In this document: positions 46,843-51,530 of the stretch, piece after piece
How the letters are laid out: every line of letters begins with the position of its first letter
Position numbering within the stretch: position 1 is the stretch's first letter
NCBI GenBank assembly: GCA_017964465.1
Contig: JAGCRY010000100.1
Coordinates: 1 to 51,530, forward strand
Direction: 5' to 3'
DNA length: 51,530 nucleotides
From: Bacteroidales bacterium
GTDB taxonomy: Bacteria; Bacteroidota; Bacteroidia; Bacteroidales; UBA3824
Program-made: the position numbers and the translations under genes
Notes under the pieces: model-generated
Told to the model about the DNA's origin: nothing
What the model saw: only the letters and a program-made list of their open reading frames with translations
The model's database searches: none

Positions 46843-48834
46843 ATGAACATCAAAATTACCATTTTGGCATTGTTGGCGGTGATGCTGCTGACCGTGCAGG
46901 CGGCATTTGGTCAAGGGTTGACACCTTCCAATTGGCGCAACGAACAGACTGGCGATTGGGTAATCGGTTTCTACGACGACTTTGCAATTTACGATTGCAA
47001 GTTTTGGAACTACAAACAGAAAACGCAGTCGGGCGACACATACAATATTGTGTTGGTCAGCGACGGCAAAGAGATTTCTGTCACAGTCAACAACCTCCTC
47101 GGCGACCGTCGCGACATCGTAATCGACGGACAACGAGCCACCTACTCCGTCATCAACGGCAACACACTGCCCGACTACCCTGCCAAGGACACTCGGACAG
47201 GGTTCAAGGATTCTCACTACAATACCGACACCGTAACGCTCGTCGGTTGGCTCAAAGATATGCCAAAGAAGGCTAAGAGAATGGGCAACGAGTTTGAAGT
47301 TACCTACAACGACATCTTCGCCCACAAACAAGTATTAGCCCACGGCAAGATAGATGCACTTGGCAAATTTGAGGTGAAAATCCCGCTGCGCAATTCGACT
47401 GAGGTGTATTTCGATTGGGAAAGAATATATGTCGGTTCATTCTTTGAGCCGGGCGAGACGTATTTCCTTCTTTGGGATTTCAAGACTGAACAGCATCTGT
47501 TTATGGGCGACAACTGCCGTCTGCAAAACGAATTGTTTGCATATCCGAAGGGAAGGATCAGCGAAAGACTTAAAGGCGAAAACAACGACGATGCAGCTGC
47601 ACTCCGTTTCTTTGAGAAAACCAAACAGGGAAAAGCCGCTTTAATGTCCGATTTGGAACAGCGCGTGGCGGCTCACTCTACGCTATCACAACGTTACATC
47701 GACTATCTTACTGGTTATTATAATACCGAAGCTGTCCGTAATTTGATGCAAGGTCGCTTCGATGTAAAAAATAAGATACTCCCAAAAGAAATAATCGACT
47801 ATGCCACGCAATATTGGCACAACAGCAAGCGTCCTTACACGCTTTACCGAGATTTTGGGACTTTTATGCGTGATTATGTTGGGCATAATGTCCAAGCGTG
47901 TTATGAGATCCCTATTTGTCTGGACAAGAAAGGTCGCCTTATTTCATTTGTATTGACGGAAGAAGTATATCCCCAAATTCTGCGCCTATACAGGGACAAA
48001 GGCAAGGTAACTATCACCGACGAAGAACTCAAAATACTTGAAGATTATGCAGCAATTAGAAGGCCATCAACAATAAGATGCAAGCCTTTCGAACCTACAT
48101 ACCAACAAATCAGCCCGATAATAGAGCGCGAGGACATAAAAACACTACTTGGGTTTCAGATGACGAACCTCTTCCAAACTCTCAACGTCTTGGATTCGGT
48201 GGGCTGCGACAATGAGTTGCGCGACATCATCATCGCCAATCAACTTTACAATGAAATTGACCACAGCCGAGAGCCGCTCAGCGAGGTTGTGATGGATTAT
48301 TTTGAGGAGATTGTTTCGATGCCACCTGCCAAGAAGTTTTTGCGGGCTGAGCAAGCAAAGTACGTTGCCATCAACAACAACGACATTGACGGCAATCCAA
48401 GCATCAAACTCTCTGACGGACTTGCCAATATGAGCGACGGCGAGCAACTTTTGCGCAAGATTACAGAGCCGTACCGTGGCAAGTTGGTTATTCTTGATGT
48501 TTGGGGCACGTGGTGCGGACCTTGCAAAATGCTACTTTCAAAAAGCGCGGAGGAATATGAACGGCTCAAAGAGTACGACCTCGTTTACCTGTACCTCTGT
48601 AATGGCAGTAGCGACAAGTCTTGGAAGAATGTCATCAAGCAATACAACCTCGTTGGCGACAACATCGTCCACTACAATTTGCCAAGCGAACAGCAATCCG
48701 CAATCGAAAAATTCATCGGCGTCACCGGCTATCCGACCTACAAAATCATCGACCGCAATGGCGATGTACTCAAATTTGATGTTGATGTTTTTGATTTAGA
48801 AAGTCTTGCGAAATTGTTGGAGAAGGTGAAGTAA
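46843..48834 (+). CDS. Secreted protein with a large unassigned N-terminal region and a C-terminal TlpA-like thioredoxin domain (intact CGPC)
   Basis: Signal peptide MNIKITILALLAVMLLTVQAAFG. The C-terminal sequence GKLVILDVWGTWCGPCKMLL...VTGYPTYKIIDRNGDV is present. Confidence 0.8.
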   Translation: MNIKITILALLAVMLLTVQAAFGQGLTPSNWRNEQTGDWVIGFYDDFAIYDCKFWNYKQKTQSGDTYNIVLVSDGKEISVTVNNLLGDRRDIVIDGQRATYSVINGNTLPDYPAKDTRTGFKDSHYNTDTVTLVGWLKDMPKKAKRMGNEFEVTYNDIFAHKQVLAHGKIDALGKFEVKIPLRNSTEVYFDWERIYVGSFFEPGETYFLLWDFKTEQHLFMGDNCRLQNELFAYPKGRISERLKGENNDDAAALRFFEKTKQGKAALMSDLEQRVAAHSTLSQRYIDYLTGYYNTEAVRNLMQGRFDVKNKILPKEIIDYATQYWHNSKRPYTLYRDFGTFMRDYVGHNVQACYEIPICLDKKGRLISFVLTEEVYPQILRLYRDKGKVTITDEELKILEDYAAIRRPSTIRCKPFEPTYQQISPIIEREDIKTLLGFQMTNLFQTLNVLDSVGCDNELRDIIIANQLYNEIDHSREPLSEVVMDYFEEIVSMPPAKKFLRAEQAKYVAINNNDIDGNPSIKLSDGLANMSDGEQLLRKITEPYRGKLVILDVWGTWCGPCKMLLSKSAEEYERLKEYDLVYLYLCNGSSDKSWKNVIKQYNLVGDNIVHYNLPSEQQSAIEKFIGVTGYPTYKIIDRNGDVLKFDVDVFDLESLAKLLEKVK

Positions 48835-48861
48835 AAAAATAGCCGACAACACAAAACTAAA

Positions 48862-48906
48862 CCGCCGCAAAATCTTGTTATCCAAGACTTTGCGGCGGCT
48901 GTTTTA
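48862..48906. terminator. Bidirectional rho-independent terminator between convergent genes
   Basis: GC-rich stem CCGCCGCAAAATCTTG (48862-48877) / CAAGACTTTGCGGCGG (48883-48898) with one mismatch. It is flanked by A-rich sequence upstream and CTGTTTT downstream. Confidence 0.65.
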
Positions 48907-48935
48907 TCTACTCAAATCCACAGACGTGGAAACGA

Positions 48936-49979
48936 TTAGTTGTTTTCCGGACGGAGTTTGCGAACTGTAACGGCGGTCTGCCACATTTCGCTCTCGCGGA
49001 GGGCTTTGAGTTCCTTTTCGAGGCCTTCGCGGTAGTCGGGCTTGGAGTTGGAATCGATGGAAATCTGAGCCTCGTTGCCGGTCTTAACGGAGAGGTAGAG
49101 CCATTCGAGAACGGGCTTCACAGCGTCGTGGAACCTCGGGAACCAATCCAATGCGCCGCGCTGTGCGGTTGTCGAACAGTTGGCGTACATCCAATCCATA
49201 CCGTTCTTTGCGAAGAGGGGCATAAGCGACTGAGTGAGTTCCTCAACGGTCTCGTTGAACGCCTCCGAAGGCGAATGACCGTGCTCGCGCAATACTTCGT
49301 ACTGAGCGAGGAGCAAGCCTTGGATTGCGCCCATAAGCGAACCACGCTCGCCGGTGAGGTCGGAAGTGGCCTCGCGTTGGAATGTGGTCTCAAACAAGTA
49401 GCCCGAACCGATACCGATGCCGAGTGCGAGGGTACGATCCATAGCCTTGCCGGTGTAGTCCTGATATACGGCGTAGGAAGAGTTGAGGCCGCGGCCTTCG
49501 AGGAACATCGTGCGGAGCGATGTGCCCGAACCCTTGGGAGCAACCATAATGACGTCGATGTCGGCAGGAGGAACGCAGCCGGTGCGGTCGTTCCAAGTGA
49601 TTGCAAAACCGTGCGAGAAGTAGAGAGCCTTGCCTGCGGTGAGGTACTGCTTGATTTTGGGCCATACCGACATTACTGCTGCGTCGGAGAGGAGGCACAT
49701 AATGATAGTAGCCTTCTGACAAGCCTCGTCGATAGAGAACAAAGTCTTGCCAGGAACCCAACCGTCGTTGACAGCCTTCTGATAGGTCTTGCCCTCACGC
49801 TGTCCTACGATTACGTTGAAGCCGTTGTCGCGGAGGTTGAGCGACTGACCGGGACCCTGTACGCCATATCCAATTACGGCGATGGTCTCGTCCTTCAATA
49901 TCTCACGTGCTTTTTCCAATGGAAATTCTTCGCGGGTCATTACGTTTTCCTCGACACCGCCAAAATTCATCTTTGCCAT
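48936..49979 (-). CDS. ilvC: Ketol-acid reductoisomerase (class I)
   Basis: NADPH-binding IAVIGYGVQGPGQSLNLRDNG and the conserved block GSLMGAIQGLLLAQYEVL; 347 aa. Confidence 0.95.
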   Translation of the reverse strand: MAKMNFGGVEENVMTREEFPLEKAREILKDETIAVIGYGVQGPGQSLNLRDNGFNVIVGQREGKTYQKAVNDGWVPGKTLFSIDEACQKATIIMCLLSDAAVMSVWPKIKQYLTAGKALYFSHGFAITWNDRTGCVPPADIDVIMVAPKGSGTSLRTMFLEGRGLNSSYAVYQDYTGKAMDRTLALGIGIGSGYLFETTFQREATSDLTGERGSLMGAIQGLLLAQYEVLREHGHSPSEAFNETVEELTQSLMPLFAKNGMDWMYANCSTTAQRGALDWFPRFHDAVKPVLEWLYLSVKTGNEAQISIDSNSKPDYREGLEKELKALRESEMWQTAVTVRKLRPENN

Positions 49980-50032
49980 TTGTTTGTGATTTAATGTTTT
50001 ATAAGTTTGACGTTTCTATTTTTAATGTGTCG

Positions 50033-50040
50033 CAAAGGTA
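50033..50040 (-). promoter_or_regulatory. -7 box TACCTTTG upstream of ilvC
   Basis: The minus-strand TACCTTTG lies about 54 nt upstream of the ilvC ATG. Confidence 0.45.
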
Positions 50041-50071
50041 CACATTATATTAATAGAAACAAAAAATATTT

Positions 50072-50590
50072 TCAATTTATCAGTTGCATCTCCACCTGAT
50101 CCTCCCATCCGTCGGGGGTGCGATGCCATTGACGAAGGATGCCGCTTTCTGTGAATCCGCATTTGGCGAACAGCCGGCGGCTCGCCTCGTTGCCAACGCC
50201 GATGCGGGCGTGAAGTTGGTGCAAGCCCAATATGTCGAAGGCGTATTCCGACAACAATCTCAACGCGCTTGTAGCCAATCCGTTGCGGCGGCGTTCGACA
50301 GCGTTGATGCTGATTCCAACCGACGCCCTCATATCGGGCACCGACACATCGTAGAGGTCGATTGCGCCCACGGGACGGCGGCTGAGGTTTTCCACGATGA
50401 TGAGCCTCACTTGGTGCATCTCAAAGACGTCCTTTGTCAACGAATCAGCGATGTACTCCAACAAACTGTGCCGCGAAAACGGAGCGAGCGTTGCGCTTAC
50501 TCTCCAAATTTCGGGGTCGTTTTCCCAAGCGTAGAGGTAATCGACGTCGTCGGGTTCGAGTGCACGGAGTGTTACAAGGGAGTCTTTCAT
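50072..50590 (-). CDS. GNAT family N-acetyltransferase (RimJ/RimL-like)
   Basis: Acetyl-CoA binding region RRRNGLATSALRLLSEYAF and a C-terminal NEASRRLFAKCGF. There is an ATGA overlap with rimM. Confidence 0.8.
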   Translation of the reverse strand: MKDSLVTLRALEPDDVDYLYAWENDPEIWRVSATLAPFSRHSLLEYIADSLTKDVFEMHQVRLIIVENLSRRPVGAIDLYDVSVPDMRASVGISINAVERRRNGLATSALRLLSEYAFDILGLHQLHARIGVGNEASRRLFAKCGFTESGILRQWHRTPDGWEDQVEMQLIN

Positions 50591-51147
50591 CGGTTGATGT
50601 CTAATAGGCCGTCGGGGATTGTGATTTTGATGGTGCGGATAGTGTCGTTTTCGGCGAGGACTTCGGCGGCGTTGAGCGGCACAAGGATTTCTTCGCCAAA
50701 AGCGTTGTGTATGATTATCAACGGGTTGCCGGGGATGTCGTCAATATCGACTATCTTGCCGAGCAATACGTCGTTTTGGTCAAACACATCGTAATTGGCG
50801 TACTTGAAGTCGTTGTATTCGTCGTCTTCGTCATCATCTACCACGAGGTCGTCGTTGGAGACATATACCGGCTTGCGCACCACCTTGTCGGCATCTTCGT
50901 TGGATTGTATGGTGTCGAAACGGAGCGAGATGTCGCCGTTTTTGGCATAGAACACCGAATCCTCTTGTACGAAAAAAGGAACCAAGTACCCGTCAGTTTC
51001 GACGAGTACGGGTTCCTGACTGTTGATGTCGTAATTAGGATTGTCGAGCCTTAGCACAACATCCCCCTTGGTGCCTTTGAATGCAACGATTTCGCCGAGT
51101 TTAGTCAACTTGGACTTGTCGAAGTATTTACTCAGCCTTTGGTTCAT
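50587..51147 (-). CDS. rimM: 16S rRNA processing protein RimM
   Basis: N-terminal [17 protein letters not shown] beta-barrel motif and a PRC-barrel C-terminus. It lies downstream of rpsP as is usual. The start is uncertain: 51147 (MNQRL) is preferred over 51186, and both overlap the rpsP end. Confidence 0.75.
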   Translation of the reverse strand: MNQRLSKYFDKSKLTKLGEIVAFKGTKGDVVLRLDNPNYDINSQEPVLVETDGYLVPFFVQEDSVFYAKNGDISLRFDTIQSNEDADKVVRKPVYVSNDDLVVDDDEDDEYNDFKYANYDVFDQNDVLLGKIVDIDDIPGNPLIIIHNAFGEEILVPLNAAEVLAENDTIRTIKITIPDGLLDINR

Positions 51148-51530
51148 CTGCGGGTGCTGCTGCTTCTGCGGGTTGCGACTCTGCATTTTCTGCTGCGGCT
51201 GCTGCCTCTTCTTCGGCCTTCTTGGCTGCCTCTGCGGCTGCCTCTTCTGCCTTCTTGGCTGCTACTGCGGCGAGTTTTGCTTCCTTCTTCTTGGTCTCCT
51301 CGGCAAGAGCCTTGCTTGCAGCCTCTTTCTTGGCGTTGAGTTTGGCTTCCTTCTTGGCGTTGAGTTTGGCTTCCTTGTCGGAAACCCAGGCTTGGAACTT
51401 GCTCTCGGCCTGCTCCTCGGTGAGTGCGCCCTTCTTGACGCCACGGAGCAAGTGGTCTTTGAGCAATACTCCCTTCATCGAAAGGAGCGACCTGCAAGTA
51501 TCGGTAGGCTGAGCGCCTGTCTGAATCCAA
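51128..51530 (-). CDS. rpsP: 30S ribosomal protein S16, 3' part (5' end lies beyond the window), with a long Ala/Lys/Glu C-terminal extension
   Basis: The frame stays open to the window edge ([28 protein letters not shown]...). This matches the conserved S16 C-terminal core, followed by a Bacteroidota-type charged tail. Confidence 0.85.
   Translation of the reverse strand, partial: WIQTGAQPTDTCRSLLSMKGVLLKDHLLRGVKKGALTEEQAESKFQAWVSDKEAKLNAKKEAKLNAKKEAASKALAEETKKKEAKLAAVAAKKAEEAAAEAAKKAEEEAAAAAENAESQPAEAAAPADEPKAE
51327..51374. repeat. Perfect 2 x 24-bp tandem repeat inside the S16 tail (encodes KEAKLNAK twice)
   Basis: TTCTTGGCGTTGAGTTTGGCTTCC at 51327-51350 is repeated exactly at 51351-51374. 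Confidence 0.9.

Noticed and set aside
49128-49994. A 288-aa plus-strand ORF, and a 162-aa minus-strand ORF in another frame
   Set aside because: Both overlap ilvC, whose frame encodes an unmistakable ketol-acid reductoisomerase. The alternative frames are Arg/Ala-rich artefacts of GC-rich codon positions.
50084-50794. A 236-aa plus-strand ORF
   Set aside because: It is antisense across the GNAT and rimM genes. It spans a gene junction and has no motifs.
51144-51530. Alternative-frame ORFs over the S16 tail (128 aa on the minus strand, 96 aa and 66 aa on the plus strand)
   Set aside because: The low-complexity GC-rich repeat region stays open in several frames. Only the frame continuing the conserved S16 core (…[13 protein letters not shown]…) is credible.
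1-51530. Mobile elements, prophage, tRNA/rRNA genes
   Set aside because: I saw no integrase, transposase or recombinase motifs, no terminal inverted repeats flanking accessory genes, and no GC-rich cloverleaf-like segments in any intergenic gap. This was checked by eye only, so a tRNA or ncRNA covariance-model scan would be needed for certainty.

Overview
This 51.5-kb window looks like mostly core chromosome of a Bacteroidota (Bacteroidales-like) bacterium. That placement is inferred from three things: TAnnTTTG -7 promoter boxes, family content (GldE-like CBS protein, DUF3109, DUF3127, TonB proteins with an ADLENKR anchor), and an S16 protein with a long Ala/Lys/Glu tail. I support 46 coding regions.

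Recognisable housekeeping genes:
- Cell shape and adjacent genes on one strand: mreB-mreC-mreD, a CBS/CorC gene, birA, and a 1093-aa Omp85-type protein.
- Lipid synthesis and RNA processing: acpP-fabF-rnc, accA.
- Other core functions: hisS, dnaB, deoC, pdxA, ilvD, ilvC, sppA, two FKBP isomerases, rimM, and a partial rpsP.

I found no rRNA, tRNA, CRISPR array, transposase or integrase.

The less ordinary parts are:
1. A tightly coupled BlaI-like repressor / M56 (BlaR1-like) peptidase pair. It is followed by an anchor-only TonB fragment and two tandemly duplicated TonB-like genes, with a 27-nt direct repeat upstream.
2. Three apparent pseudo-enzymes, read from motif loss: a TlpA/thioredoxin-fold lipoprotein with WCxxC replaced by WSDVS, a secreted caspase-like protein with the His/Cys dyad positions occupied by Leu/Ser, and an ABC1/UbiB-type protein with a degenerate catalytic loop that follows two phasin-like paralogs.
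3. A DUF3127 OB-fold protein ending in an SSB-like DDLPF tip.
4. A hairpin repeat family sharing an identical 20-mer at two loci, both placed as terminators.
5. Two unusual Omp85-barrel fusions, one with a beta-propeller and one with a patatin domain.

All functional calls come from motif recognition by eye. No database search was run.
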